Source of the DNA: an uncultured Bacilli bacterium
Lineage (GTDB): Bacteria; Bacillota_I; Bacilli_A; RF39; UBA660
Direction of reading: 5' to 3'
DNA: 64,000 nucleotides
NCBI GenBank assembly: GCA_947623935.1
Contig: CANQIE010000002.1
Span: 2,481 to 66,480, forward strand
Shown here: positions 1 through 10,206 of the stretch, in pieces
How the letters are laid out: each line of letters begins with the position of its first letter
How positions within the stretch are numbered: position 1 is the first letter of the stretch
The notes under the pieces: model-generated
What the model saw: only the letters and a program-made list of their open reading frames with translations
The model's database searches: none
What the model was told of the DNA's origin: nothing
Translations under genes and position numbers: made by a program

Positions 1-434
1 TCCATAACAACATCCGAGTACATTTGAATAAATCTTCTATAGCAATCCCATGCCCATCTTGGATTTTGACTCTTTTCAGCTAGGACATTAACTACATCTT
101 CATTTAAACCCAAGTTAAGAATCGTATCCATCATACCTGGCATAGAAGCTCTTGCGCCTGATCGAACAGATACTAATAATGGATTTTCTTTATCTCCAAA
201 CTTTTTACCTGTGATTTCTTCCATTTTAACAATGTATTCATTAATTTGGCTTTGAATTTCAGGATTGATTTCTCTTCCATCTTCATAATACTTAGTACAT
301 GCTTCGGTCGTGATAGTAAATCCTTGTGGAACAGGTAATCCAATATTGGTCATTTCAGCCAAGTTAGCACCTTTTCCTCCAAGAAGCTCACGCATATCGG
401 CATTTCCTTCTGTAAACAAATAAACGTATTTCAT
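1..434 (-). CDS. ppdK: pyruvate, phosphate dikinase, N-terminal part (gene continues past the window start)
   Basis: Translation of the minus strand from the ATG at 432-434 gives [29 protein letters not shown]...[23 protein letters not shown], the canonical PPDK N-terminal ATP-grasp signature. An AGGATGAG RBS lies upstream. Confidence 0.85.
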   Translation of the reverse strand, partial: MKYVYLFTEGNADMRELLGGKGANLAEMTNIGLPVPQGFTITTEACTKYYEDGREINPEIQSQINEYIVKMEEITGKKFGDKENPLLVSVRSGARASMPGMMDTILNLGLNEDVVNVLAEKSQNPRWAWDCYRRFIQMYSDVVM

Positions 435-543
435 TTTCTCATCCTTTCTTATTAAGCATACGCGCTTCATTACTTATTATAATGAAAAAAGAATTGGGTG
501 GCAACCAATTCTTTTACTTGTTTACATTTCTTGACGAATAAAT

Positions 544-1077
544 TTACTTTTGCTTTGCTTTTCCTTTTGTATCTAAATCATAGTAAATGGAAGCATAGGA
601 TAGCACTTGAACCATTTCAGAAGAGGTAGCTTTTCCTGGGGTAAAAGTAGGTAGGGTCCCATCTTGGACCATTTTAACCCTCATATCATCAAAACTCATC
701 ACTTTACTAATGACACAATTGGTAACATAATTTTTATTACCGATACATTCTACTTTTCCAATTTGTTCCCAAGTAGTATAGGAAGCATCTCCATGGTTAC
801 TAACTTCTTTAATGGCCACATAAGGAGAATCTACTCCTAAATATAGGGTTCCTGTTATATGCCTTAAAGTAGTGCAATAATAATTGGTAGCCGTAAAAAG
901 TCCTACACAATTTTGATTATAGGCACAAACAAAGACATTTCTTACATCCTTGGTATTTTGATTTCCAATTTCTAATTTATTATTAGGATTCATTTTATTA
1001 TATAATGAAACAGCTTCATCAATGGCTTCTCTTAAAGTAGTTAAAACTTTTTTTGTTTTTTCAAAATCGGTCTCCAT
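544..1077 (-). CDS. hypothetical protein (177 aa)
   Basis: Intact ORF in the tracking table with codon usage like its neighbours. I recognise no family. Confidence 0.45.
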   Translation of the reverse strand: METDFEKTKKVLTTLREAIDEAVSLYNKMNPNNKLEIGNQNTKDVRNVFVCAYNQNCVGLFTATNYYCTTLRHITGTLYLGVDSPYVAIKEVSNHGDASYTTWEQIGKVECIGNKNYVTNCVISKVMSFDDMRVKMVQDGTLPTFTPGKATSSEMVQVLSYASIYYDLDTKGKAKQK

Positions 1078-1148
1078 TTATATTCCTCCAAAGTGGTTAT
1101 ATCATAACGTTTCAAATTCTCTAAGTCAATAAAAAAGATGCCCAAGGA

Positions 1149-1736
1149 CTATTTCTTTAGAACTTTGGCTCTTTCTCTAAAATAACATTTAGGACAGTAC
1201 GAAATATACTCGATTTCATCTTGATTATCGATTTCAACTTGAGCTCCTTCTAAAACCATCAAACCATTTTTAAATCTTCCTACCAAGGTAGCTCTTCTTC
1301 CACAATCACATCTGGTTTCTAATTCTTCTAGGACATCGGCAATTTCCAAAAGGCGCTTACTTCCTGGGAAACTCTTCGTTCTAAAATCCGTTCGAAGTCC
1401 ATAACATTCGACTTGAATATTAAGTTCACTTGCTACCTTTAACGCTTCATCTACTTGAAAAGGTACTAAGAACTGAGCTTCATCGATAAAAATACATTTC
1501 GTATTACGATACCCTTCTTTTACTAAATTAAAAAGCGATGTATCACCGGTAAGCAATTGATCTACTTCCCGGTTAATTCCCAAACGAGATACCACTTTCT
1601 TATCTCCTTTGGTATCAATCGATGGTTTGAAAAGTGCTACTGGTACTCCTCTACTTTCATAGTTATGAATTCGTTGTAACACCAATGTAGACTTCCCGCA
1701 ATTCATCGATCCATAATAAAATTTTAATTCGGCCAT
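1149..1736 (-). CDS. tdk: thymidine kinase
   Basis: P-loop GSMNCGKST, and a C-terminal zinc ribbon CDCGRRAT...YCPKCY typical of type II thymidine kinase. Confidence 0.9.
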   Translation of the reverse strand: MAELKFYYGSMNCGKSTLVLQRIHNYESRGVPVALFKPSIDTKGDKKVVSRLGINREVDQLLTGDTSLFNLVKEGYRNTKCIFIDEAQFLVPFQVDEALKVASELNIQVECYGLRTDFRTKSFPGSKRLLEIADVLEELETRCDCGRRATLVGRFKNGLMVLEGAQVEIDNQDEIEYISYCPKCYFRERAKVLKK

Positions 1737-1810
1737 ACAACCTCACCCCACTATAAAAAGTATAACAAACCTCTTTTAAAAAAGAAAAGGGACTTTACAT
1801 AAAAAGACAC

Positions 1811-2722
1811 TTATTTATGAGCTCTTGGATGACTCTTTAAATAAATGTCTTTTAAATGATCGGAAGTAATATGCGTATAAATCCCTGTGGTAGAAAGGCT
1901 TTCATGTCCTAAAAGTTGTTGTACGGACAAGAGATCACACCCTTCATTTAATAAGTGTGTTGCAAAACTATGTCTTAACATATGGGGACTAATCTTTTTT
2001 TGTAAAGCGGTCTTATCAATAATTTCATTGAGTGCTTTTTGAACACTTCGAACAGATAACTGTCCTCCATTTTGATTTAAAAATAAATAGGAAGAAGTCT
2101 TCCCTTTTAATAGAATAGGTCTTGCTTCTTTTAGATAACGATTTAATTTTATTTCGGCATTTTGATTGTAATAAGCAATGCGTTCTTTTTTTCCTTTTCC
2201 TAAAATTCGAATACGCCGATTCGAAAAATCAATGGTCTCTAGTTTAATGTCAACTAGTTCTGATACTCTTATTCCTGTGGCATAAAGCAGTTCAATTAGA
2301 AGCATAGAACGAATATCTTGAGGTCGTTCTCCCAAATCTACATTTAATAAATCTTCCACTTCATTATAGTAGAAAAACTTGGGTAATCTCGCTTCTTTCT
2401 TAGGCATTTTTAAAAGTGTAAAAACGTTTTTATCAAGTACATCTTCCATAATCAAATAATTATAAAAACTGCGCAAACTACTCAAATGTCTTGAAATACT
2501 GGTTGCTTTCATCTTTAATTTCTCACTCATGTAACGTTGGTATTCTCTTGCCTGTTCATAAGTTATTTTTTTGTAATTCAAACCATTTGACATTAGATAA
2601 ACTTCGTACTCTTCTAAATCTCGTTTATAATTATCGACGGTCTTACTGGAATAGGACCTTTGATACTCAAGGTACTCCAAATAGGGATCTAGTTCTATAA
2701 TTTTATTCTTATTATTTGACAT
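1811..2722 (-). CDS. Xer-family tyrosine recombinase (XerC/XerD-like)
   Basis: The C-terminus carries MLRHSFATHLLNEGCDLLSVQQLLGHESLSTTGIYTH (the R..H..R..Y catalytic region). The start was trimmed to the internal Met (MSNNKNK) that sits just after the upstream gene's stop. Confidence 0.8.
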   Translation of the reverse strand: MSNNKNKIIELDPYLEYLEYQRSYSSKTVDNYKRDLEEYEVYLMSNGLNYKKITYEQAREYQRYMSEKLKMKATSISRHLSSLRSFYNYLIMEDVLDKNVFTLLKMPKKEARLPKFFYYNEVEDLLNVDLGERPQDIRSMLLIELLYATGIRVSELVDIKLETIDFSNRRIRILGKGKKERIAYYNQNAEIKLNRYLKEARPILLKGKTSSYLFLNQNGGQLSVRSVQKALNEIIDKTALQKKISPHMLRHSFATHLLNEGCDLLSVQQLLGHESLSTTGIYTHITSDHLKDIYLKSHPRAHK

Positions 2723-3653
2723 GAGAATTACCTTCGGAAGGAACACTATTCATATTTAACTGTTCACTTCCATCATAATAATAAAAACCAGGTTCCACTT
2801 TAGGAACAGTCTTTTTCTTGGAGGTAGATTTACTTTCTTTAGAGGTAGACTCAGGATGGTCAAACGGATCTTTGATAAAATAAGGATCCCAATCTGGGTC
2901 ATCATAAAAAGTATCTTCTTCTATCTTTTTAGGAGCTGGAACAAATGGTTCAAACGTATAATCCGCACCATTTTCTCTTATTAAGTCATCTTGAATTTCA
3001 TTAAATGAAATCTGATGCATTGGGTAACGTTTGCTATAATCTTTATAGAAGAAGTAAATACCTCTAAATCGTTTATAATCGTCTTCTAAATATTGTACAA
3101 TTCTTTTTCCAAGACGGTCTTGTTCTTCTAAAATTTCTCTTTGTTCCGAATAACCTTCTGCAAAATTATAAAGAAAATCTTTTACTTTATTCCGTAAAAA
3201 AGAATCAATATAATTAGGACGCACATTTTCTTTTTGAATCGGATGCATTAATTCAGTCACAACACGACCATTGGCTTTTTTTAAATCATTAATAAAGGAA
3301 GATAAAAATTTTCTAGTATAAGGATCTTTTTTAGCAATCTCATTGGTTCCCTTTTGTAAGGCATGTGCTAAAAGATAATCTTCTTGATAGGCAACAGGAA
3401 TCGTTTTTGGATGAGGATTTCTGGAAGTCGGTTTGGTACTAATCGAGACTTCTCCCTTTCCTTCAGTAATTAAACCTAATTTTTTATACTTTTTTAATAA
3501 ATCCTCTTTATTATCGAACTGCATGGTAAAATGATCCCAATCTGCTAAATAAGCATTAGGACCTAATACATGATCATGTTCATCTAATAAAGGTAAAAGC
3601 GTTACATACTTCCCTTTCGTATAAACTAGACATTGTAATCCTTTCGCTGCCAT
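2712..3653 (-). CDS. hypothetical protein (about 313 aa)
   Basis: ORF with a good RBS (AGAAGGTGAAGAT-ATG) at the MAAKGL start. No family recognised. Confidence 0.45.
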   Translation of the reverse strand: MAAKGLQCLVYTKGKYVTLLPLLDEHDHVLGPNAYLADWDHFTMQFDNKEDLLKKYKKLGLITEGKGEVSISTKPTSRNPHPKTIPVAYQEDYLLAHALQKGTNEIAKKDPYTRKFLSSFINDLKKANGRVVTELMHPIQKENVRPNYIDSFLRNKVKDFLYNFAEGYSEQREILEEQDRLGKRIVQYLEDDYKRFRGIYFFYKDYSKRYPMHQISFNEIQDDLIRENGADYTFEPFVPAPKKIEEDTFYDDPDWDPYFIKDPFDHPESTSKESKSTSKKKTVPKVEPGFYYYDGSEQLNMNSVPSEGNSHVK

Positions 3654-3688
3654 ATCTTCACCTTCTCTTTTTATTATAATATAAATTA

Positions 3689-3715
3689 AAAAGTACATAC
3701 AAGAGATGTACTTTT
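3689..3715 (-). terminator. rho-independent terminator hairpin (AAAAGTACAT-N7-ATGTACTTTT), duplicated at 4728..4754
   Basis: A 10-bp perfect inverted repeat flanked by A and T runs lies immediately downstream of each paralog. Confidence 0.5.
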
Positions 3716-5169
3716 GTTTTAAATACAGTTTACACTTTTACTTTTTTATTTTTTGAAAACCAGGTCCTAATTCCTCTTCTACTTTGGATAGATGGTAAAG
3801 CATATGATCTATTATTTCTTCGTGTTCGGGATTTGCTTGTCTAAAAAGGCGTAACCGTTCTTGAATCAAAACCAGTCTTTTATCAGGAGTAAGGGTTGCT
3901 TCCTTTAATTTAGAAGAACGTATTTTTCTTTCTTTTTCTTTGTCGAAACCAAAAAGATGGAGTTCACTTTCCATAAAAAAATTAATATATCCCTTCACAA
4001 AAGAATCATCGTAACTATTAAGAACTTTTTTTGTACTTCCCATAGGAATACCAGATAACAAAGCTTTTTTAGCAATGAGAAGTCTATTTTTTTCATCTAC
4101 CATCCATTCTATAGGTTCCACCTTAAACCACTCTTCATTTGAAGAAATATCGAAATTATATAAATTTAAATATTCTTGTCCTTCAAACAAATAGGAATTT
4201 TTTCTTACATCAATTCCTGAATCGAATAACCAACTAATCCATCCGTCGTTGCTAGTATTAAACTCATAAAAACAATATCTTCCTTGTGCAAATAAATCTT
4301 TTTTATAATACGATAGAAGAGCACTTTCTTCAGGACTTACTAAAGTTTGAGGATAACGTCCTAAAAAGACAGTTTTCTTTCCTTTAGCTATTTCATCAAA
4401 TAGAGCATCTTTAAATTTTATCACAGGGCGAATACAGGGATAAAATTTATTGATTGGAACTTCTACAATTTGGGCCCTATTATCAATGGTTACCATTTTC
4501 TTTTTAAGGAATATAACTTGATCTGTCCAACAAGTAACAACATCCGAGATTAGTGGATGGCATCCAGTATAGAGTGCTAAATCAGAAGGAATCGTTTTTC
4601 TAATCTCTGGATCACTAAAAATAGATTCAGAATCATTAAGTAAACTACTAGGAATAACACTTATTTCAAAATCTTTTTCCATAGAACACCTCCTTTGTTA
4701 TAGGTCAAATTTTTCTCTATCAAATTAAAAAGTATATACAAGCAATGTACTTTTGTTTTAAATACAGTTTACACTTTTACTTTTTTATTTTTTGAAAACC
4801 AGGTCCTAATTCCTCTTCTACTTTGGATAGATGGTAAAGCATATGATCTATTATTTCTTCGTGTTCGGGATTTGCTTGTCTAAAAAGGCGTAACCGTTCT
4901 TGAATCAAAACCAGTCTTTTATCAGGAGTAAGGGTTGCTTCCTTTAATTTAGAAGAACGTATTTTTCTTTCTTTTTCTTTGTCGAAACCAAAAAGATGGA
5001 GTTCACTTTCCATAAAAAAATTAATATATCCCTTCACAAAAGAATCATCGTAACTATTAAGAACTTTTTTTGTACTTCCCATAGGAATACCAGATAACAA
5101 AGCTTTTTTAGCAATGAGAAGTCTATTTTTTTCATCTACCATCCATTCTATAGGTTCCACCTTAAACCA
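3707..5169. repeat. tandem direct duplication with a 1039-bp period; 3707..4130 is identical to 4746..5169
   Basis: Alignment of the two copies by eye: about 424 bp are 100% identical, covering the 3' half of both genes plus the downstream terminator. The 5' halves are clearly diverged. Confidence 0.8.
3738..4682 (-). CDS. hypothetical protein, member of a 7-copy paralog family in this window
   Basis: Shares KDFEISVIPSSLL and FKVEPIEWMVDEKNRLLIAKKALLSGIP with the 4777..5757 gene, and more distantly (LFVKVEPVLWWMDMEKERLISSKVLLGGI) with the five-gene array at 43834..48181. Confidence 0.55.
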   Translation of the reverse strand: MEKDFEISVIPSSLLNDSESIFSDPEIRKTIPSDLALYTGCHPLISDVVTCWTDQVIFLKKKMVTIDNRAQIVEVPINKFYPCIRPVIKFKDALFDEIAKGKKTVFLGRYPQTLVSPEESALLSYYKKDLFAQGRYCFYEFNTSNDGWISWLFDSGIDVRKNSYLFEGQEYLNLYNFDISSNEEWFKVEPIEWMVDEKNRLLIAKKALLSGIPMGSTKKVLNSYDDSFVKGYINFFMESELHLFGFDKEKERKIRSSKLKEATLTPDKRLVLIQERLRLFRQANPEHEEIIDHMLYHLSKVEEELGPGFQKIKK

Positions 5170-5757
5170 TCCTTCATTTGAAGACGTTTTAGAAGAAGAA
5201 TTTAGCATTTCTTTTGAAGGAAGATTTAAATTATCTAAATATAAATATTCTTGCCCTTCAAACAAATAGGAGCACTTATATACATCGATCCCTGGATCAA
5301 ATAGCCATTCCGTCCACCCGTTACTGTTAAAATAAAAAGCATAAAGGTCATAGGTTCCTTGTGCAAATAAATCTTTCTTATAATACGATAGAAGAACACT
5401 ATCTCTAGGACTTACTAAAGTTTGAGGATACTTCCCTAAAAATAGGTTTTTCTTGTCTTTTGCCAGTTGATCAAAAAGTGTATCCTTAAGTTTTATCACT
5501 GGACGAATACAGGGATAACGGGCATTAATCGGAATTTTTACAATTTGAGCTCTATTATCAATGGTTACCATTTTCTTTTTAGAAAAGGTAAATTGATCTG
5601 TCCAACAAGAAATTACACCGGTATTTAAAGGACGACATCCTACATATCGTGCTAAATCAGAAGGAATCGTTTTTCTAATCTCAAGATCACTAAAAATAGA
5701 TTCAGAATCCTTAAGTAGGCTTCCAGGAATAACACTGATTTCAAAATCTTTTGTCAT
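4777..5757 (-). CDS. hypothetical protein, tandem paralog of 3738..4682
   Basis: Start set at MTKDFEIS, which has an AAAGGAGGA RBS. The C-terminal roughly 130 aa are identical to the downstream paralog. Confidence 0.55.
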   Translation of the reverse strand: MTKDFEISVIPGSLLKDSESIFSDLEIRKTIPSDLARYVGCRPLNTGVISCWTDQFTFSKKKMVTIDNRAQIVKIPINARYPCIRPVIKLKDTLFDQLAKDKKNLFLGKYPQTLVSPRDSVLLSYYKKDLFAQGTYDLYAFYFNSNGWTEWLFDPGIDVYKCSYLFEGQEYLYLDNLNLPSKEMLNSSSKTSSNEGWFKVEPIEWMVDEKNRLLIAKKALLSGIPMGSTKKVLNSYDDSFVKGYINFFMESELHLFGFDKEKERKIRSSKLKEATLTPDKRLVLIQERLRLFRQANPEHEEIIDHMLYHLSKVEEELGPGFQKIKK

Positions 5758-5818
5758 AGGGATCCTCCTTTTTTTCTTATTATAGACCAAAAACTTTTTC
5801 TGTCAAATAAAAAAGGCT

Positions 5819-7846
5819 TTACGCCTCTTTTACATAATCACAACTACTACATTTGATTTGATTGTTTTTTTGAACTAGAGGACTTCTACAACTAGGACAT
5901 AACTCTCCTGTAGGTAAATCCCAGGTAGCAAACTTGCATTTTGGATAATGGTCGCATCCATAAAAGATTTTTCCTTTTCTAGTCTTTCGTTCGATGATGT
6001 TTCCTTTACAAAGAGGACAAGTAGTAACTACTTTCACTTCTTTTTCTTCTTTTTTAATGTATTTACACGTTGGATAGTTGCTACAAGCAACAAATTCACC
6101 ATATTTTCCTTTGCGAACGACTAAAGGGCTTCCACAATTAGGACATATCTCTCCGGTTTCTTTGGGAGCTACTTTTGACATTGAACCAAAGGCTTTTTCA
6201 ACCATCGGTTCAAATTCATCGTAAAAGGTATGTAATACTTTTAGAGAATTCTCATTTCCATCCGCGATTTCATCTAAGTCGCTTTCCATTTTAGCGGTGT
6301 ATTCGACATTGATGATATGATCAAAACTCTCTTGTAATTTATCTGTAGTCGTAATGCCCATTTCGGTAGGAACAAATTTTTTCTCTTCCACATGAACGTA
6401 TCCCCGTTTTTTAATGGTATCAATAATGGTGGCATACGTCGATGGCCGACCGATTCCTAACTCTTCTAATTCTTTAATCAATTTAGCTTCAGTATAGCGA
6501 CTCGGTGGTTGAGTAAAGTGTTGTTTAGCTTCGACTTGATCGGTTTCAAGATGCATCTTTTCTTTCATTTCAGGAAGTGGCTTATCTTCGGACGTTTCGT
6601 ATTTTTCATAGACTTTACTATAACCATCAAAGACACTTACTTGACCCGTTGCTTTAAAGTGATAATCGTTATTATCTAAGATAACCGTCGTTTGATTATA
6701 CTTCGCATCTTTCATTAAAGAAGCAAGAGCTCTTGCATAGATTAAATCGTAAAGTCTATATTCATCGTTCGATAAATATTTCTTTACCGAAAGCGGTGTT
6801 CTTAAAATACTCGTAGGTCGAATCGCTTCATGGGCATCTTGTACATTTTCTGTTTTCTTCGTGGTTTTAATATAACCGATATACTCTTTTCCAAAATTTT
6901 CTTCAATGTAATGAAAAGTACTTCCAATAAATTCATCGGACAAACGAATGGAATCGGTACGCATATAGGTAATAAGACCTACGGTCTCACTTTCCAAATC
7001 GACTCCTTCGTATAACTTTTGAGCAATCATCATGGTTTTTCTTGCAGGGAACCCTAGTTTAGTAGAGGCTTCTTGTTGCAAAGTCGACGTAATAAAAGGA
7101 GGTCTTGCTTTACGTGCTTTTAATTTCGATTCTACTTCTAAAACCGTATAGTTTTTATCTAGTTGGGAAACAATTTCATCGGCTTCTTCTTTGGTTTTAA
7201 TTTCTAATTTTTTCTTTTTATATTCAAATAGTTCTGCTTCAAAATCATCGAAAGTCGAGGTGATAGTCCAGTACTCTTCTTTTTGGAAGGCTTCAATTTC
7301 CCGTTCCCGGTCAACAATTAATTTTAAAGCAACACTTTGAACACGTCCTGCACTCTTTCCTCCCGTTTTGCTTTGCATTAAACGGCTTAAACGGAAACCA
7401 ATAATACGATCTAAAATACGACGCGTCTCTTGAGAACGTACTAAGTTGTCATCGATTTTACGGGTATGATTAAAAGCATCAATCACTTTGTCTTTGGTAA
7501 TTTCATGAAATAAAACGCGTTCATACTGTTTATCTTTAATTCCTAAAGCTTCTTTTAAATGCCAAGAAATCGCTTCTCCTTCACGATCGGGGTCGGTTGC
7601 AAGATATACTTTATCACTTTCAGATACGGCTTTCTTTAAATCTTTTACGAGCTTTGCTTTACCATTAATTAAGACATAGTCCGGTTCAAAATTTTTATCG
7701 ACATCGACACCAAGCCCAAATTTACCCTTGGTTGAAAGATCCCTGATATGTCCTTTACTCGATACCACCTTGTACCCTTTCCCTAGATATTTCTCAATGG
7801 TCTTGCTTTTACTAGGAGATTCCACGATGACTAAATTTTCTTTCAT
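5819..7846 (-). CDS. topA: DNA topoisomerase I
   Basis: Toprim N-terminus MKENLVIVESPSKSKTIEKYLG with a GYVHVE-type active-site region, and three C-terminal Cys4 zinc ribbons. Confidence 0.9.
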   Translation of the reverse strand: MKENLVIVESPSKSKTIEKYLGKGYKVVSSKGHIRDLSTKGKFGLGVDVDKNFEPDYVLINGKAKLVKDLKKAVSESDKVYLATDPDREGEAISWHLKEALGIKDKQYERVLFHEITKDKVIDAFNHTRKIDDNLVRSQETRRILDRIIGFRLSRLMQSKTGGKSAGRVQSVALKLIVDREREIEAFQKEEYWTITSTFDDFEAELFEYKKKKLEIKTKEEADEIVSQLDKNYTVLEVESKLKARKARPPFITSTLQQEASTKLGFPARKTMMIAQKLYEGVDLESETVGLITYMRTDSIRLSDEFIGSTFHYIEENFGKEYIGYIKTTKKTENVQDAHEAIRPTSILRTPLSVKKYLSNDEYRLYDLIYARALASLMKDAKYNQTTVILDNNDYHFKATGQVSVFDGYSKVYEKYETSEDKPLPEMKEKMHLETDQVEAKQHFTQPPSRYTEAKLIKELEELGIGRPSTYATIIDTIKKRGYVHVEEKKFVPTEMGITTTDKLQESFDHIINVEYTAKMESDLDEIADGNENSLKVLHTFYDEFEPMVEKAFGSMSKVAPKETGEICPNCGSPLVVRKGKYGEFVACSNYPTCKYIKKEEKEVKVVTTCPLCKGNIIERKTRKGKIFYGCDHYPKCKFATWDLPTGELCPSCRSPLVQKNNQIKCSSCDYVKEA

Positions 7847-7936
7847 ATAGACACGCCCTTTCTTTTTTCATTTATACACTAAGTTGCATTCTTTTGTCAA
7901 TTCTTTCCCTCTATCTATATTATACGAAGAAAGTTT

Positions 7937-8581
7937 TTATTTTACTTGGTCTTTTTTTAATAAATAATCTTTTACGGGTCCAAAGGTTTTTCGATGTTGT
8001 TCTAAAATGCCATATTTTTGAATCATTTCAATATGTTGTTTGGTTGGATACCCTTTATGTTTTTTAAAGCCATACATCGGATACTTTTGATCAAGTTCAA
8101 TCATCATATGGTCTCTTGTAACTTTAGCAATTACAGACGCGGCGGCAATCGAGATACTTTTGGCATCTCCTTTAATAATCGAAGTCGAGGGCATGGTAAG
8201 ATTTTCAAGTTTCATGGCATCAATTAAAACGTGTTCCGGTGTAATCTTACTATGCTCTACAGCTTCATACATCGCCAGTTTCGTTGCTTCATAGATATTG
8301 ACTTCATCTATTACTTTTTCATCTTTGATTCCAATTCCAACAGACAAAGCATGTTCCATAATATAGGAATAAAAGAGTTCTCTTTTCTTTTCCGATAACT
8401 GTTTGGAATCAGTAAGCCCTTCTAGCACAAAATCTTTAGGAAGAATCACACAAGCAGTTACAACGGGTCCTATCAAAGGACCTCTTCCTACTTCATCGAC
8501 TCCTCCTATAAAGTTAACACCTTTATTCCATAATTCTTTTTCATATTGATACAAATCAATCTTTTCTTTTTCTTTCTTCAT
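7937..8581 (-). CDS. rnhB: ribonuclease HII
   Basis: GVDEVGRGPLIGPVV motif. The start was moved to MKKEKEK, which carries an AGGAGAG RBS. Confidence 0.85.
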   Translation of the reverse strand: MKKEKEKIDLYQYEKELWNKGVNFIGGVDEVGRGPLIGPVVTACVILPKDFVLEGLTDSKQLSEKKRELFYSYIMEHALSVGIGIKDEKVIDEVNIYEATKLAMYEAVEHSKITPEHVLIDAMKLENLTMPSTSIIKGDAKSISIAAASVIAKVTRDHMMIELDQKYPMYGFKKHKGYPTKQHIEMIQKYGILEQHRKTFGPVKDYLLKKDQVK

Positions 8582-8654
8582 AGGTAACTCTCCTACTTTA
8601 TTCATTTTAGCAAATACTAAAAAAATGTCAAATAAAAAGAGTTTGAAAAAAACT

Positions 8655-9278
8655 CTACTTTATCATTTGTTTAGGGTGATCTTCCGTCATTGGAATATCA
8701 ATTTCATCTGTTGCCTTTATCACATAATCAAGGCAACCACTTAAATAGCAATCTGTAAAATCTTTTTTATGATCTATAAGTTCTTGTTTTTCCTTAGTTA
8801 AGCAATCTTTATCCTCTACTAATTTTTGTACTTCTTTTTCTTTATTTTGTTTTAAAGTACGCATGGTCTTTATTTCTTTTTCATTACGGGTAAGAAAATT
8901 AGGGTCATATTGTTTTAAGGTTTTCCTGGCTCTCAATTTATCTTTCAAATCGTACCAAATAAAGGCTATTTCACAACCTATTACTGAAGCACCTACTATC
9001 CATGGAACAGAAAAGGCTTTCAAGGTAAGAAGGCACCCCAAAATGGGAAGTGTAACGGCACTAAAAATAATAATAGATAAATAAGAAAAGGAAGCATTAT
9101 TTTTTAAAATGTAGTATTGTTGTTGATCCTTTTTTAACTCAACTTCTTTCTCTCTATAAGTTTGTTCTTCTTCCTCTTTCTTTTTAATGATTGCATCTTG
9201 TTCTTTTATTTGTTGCTCTAATTCTTTAATTCTGGCTTCTTCTTTCGTTATTTTTTCTAAATACTCACTGTATTTCAT
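8655..9278 (-). CDS. hypothetical coiled-coil membrane protein
   Basis: The N-terminus is rich in heptad-like E/K repeats, followed by two hydrophobic segments. Confidence 0.45.
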   Translation of the reverse strand: MKYSEYLEKITKEEARIKELEQQIKEQDAIIKKKEEEEQTYREKEVELKKDQQQYYILKNNASFSYLSIIIFSAVTLPILGCLLTLKAFSVPWIVGASVIGCEIAFIWYDLKDKLRARKTLKQYDPNFLTRNEKEIKTMRTLKQNKEKEVQKLVEDKDCLTKEKQELIDHKKDFTDCYLSGCLDYVIKATDEIDIPMTEDHPKQMIK

Positions 9279-9329
9279 CTGGTTACTCCTTTGTACGTTT
9301 TATTATAGTATCTTCTTTTTAAATGTCAA

Positions 9330-10205
9330 TTATTTTCGATCCAGTGTAACTGGTCCTAAATAACCCTCTTTTAAATCACGAAGTAGAATCATATACACTT
9401 TATCGTAATCGGTAAGTCCTCCTTTTAAAAGAGCTCCTCTTTTCTTGGCAATTAAATCTAAGGTTTCTTCGATATTATCAAAATCAATTGTATCAATTTC
9501 ATATCGCTCTTTTAATCTTTCGGGGTAAAGGGTATACATCTTTTCTAATATGAAATAAGCAAGTTCATCTAAGTTTAAAATATCTTCTTTAATTGATGAT
9601 AGACTTGCTAAAATGTAAGCCTGTTCTTGATTTTCAAATTTAGGTAAGAGAATTCCTGGTGAATCTAAAAGTTCCATATCTTTATGAATTCGAATCCAGT
9701 TTAAGTTTTTAGTAACACCTGGTTTATTTCCTACGGAAGTTGCTTTCTTCCCAACTAAACGATTAATTAAAGTACTTTTCCCCACATTCGGAGCTCCAAT
9801 AATTAAAATACGCATCGCTCTTGGTTTAAGTCCTTTTTGTTTTCTTTTTTCTTCTTGCTCCCTTAATACTTGTTTACTCTTCTCTAGTAGTTTATCTAAA
9901 GATTTATCATGCATCAAATCAAAAGGTAAAACCATATATCCTTCTTTTTCATAATCTTGAATAAAACGATTAGTTATTTCTTTATCACAAAGATCATACT
10001 TGGTCATAATAAGTATTCGTTTTTTATCTTTTAATAAGTCATTAAAATCCTCTACCTTAGAAGAGATAGGCATCCTAGCATCAATTACTTCATAAACCAA
10101 ATCGATTAAATCTATTTTTTCTCTGATTTCCCGTTTCGTTTTAGCCATATGACCTGGATACCAGTTAATACTCGCTTTTTGGAAACTTTTTTGTTCATTT
10201 GACAT
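9330..10205 (-). CDS. rbgA: ribosome biogenesis GTPase A (YlqF/RbgA)
   Basis: INWYPGHMAKT motif and circularly permuted GTPase motifs (NVGKST...). The start is at MSNEQ, 1 nt after the stop of the upstream KilA-N gene. Confidence 0.85.
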   Translation of the reverse strand: MSNEQKSFQKASINWYPGHMAKTKREIREKIDLIDLVYEVIDARMPISSKVEDFNDLLKDKKRILIMTKYDLCDKEITNRFIQDYEKEGYMVLPFDLMHDKSLDKLLEKSKQVLREQEEKRKQKGLKPRAMRILIIGAPNVGKSTLINRLVGKKATSVGNKPGVTKNLNWIRIHKDMELLDSPGILLPKFENQEQAYILASLSSIKEDILNLDELAYFILEKMYTLYPERLKERYEIDTIDFDNIEETLDLIAKKRGALLKGGLTDYDKVYMILLRDLKEGYLGPVTLDRK

Positions 10206-10206
10206 T

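Noticed and set aside
2491-2700. Small plus-strand ORFs antisense to the xer, topA, rnhB, relA, yfhO and family genes (for example 2491-2700, 6830-7015, 8018-8227, 25749-25955, 27460-27657, 57074-57265)
   Set aside because: All sit opposite strong minus-strand genes, lack an RBS, and have no recognisable domains.
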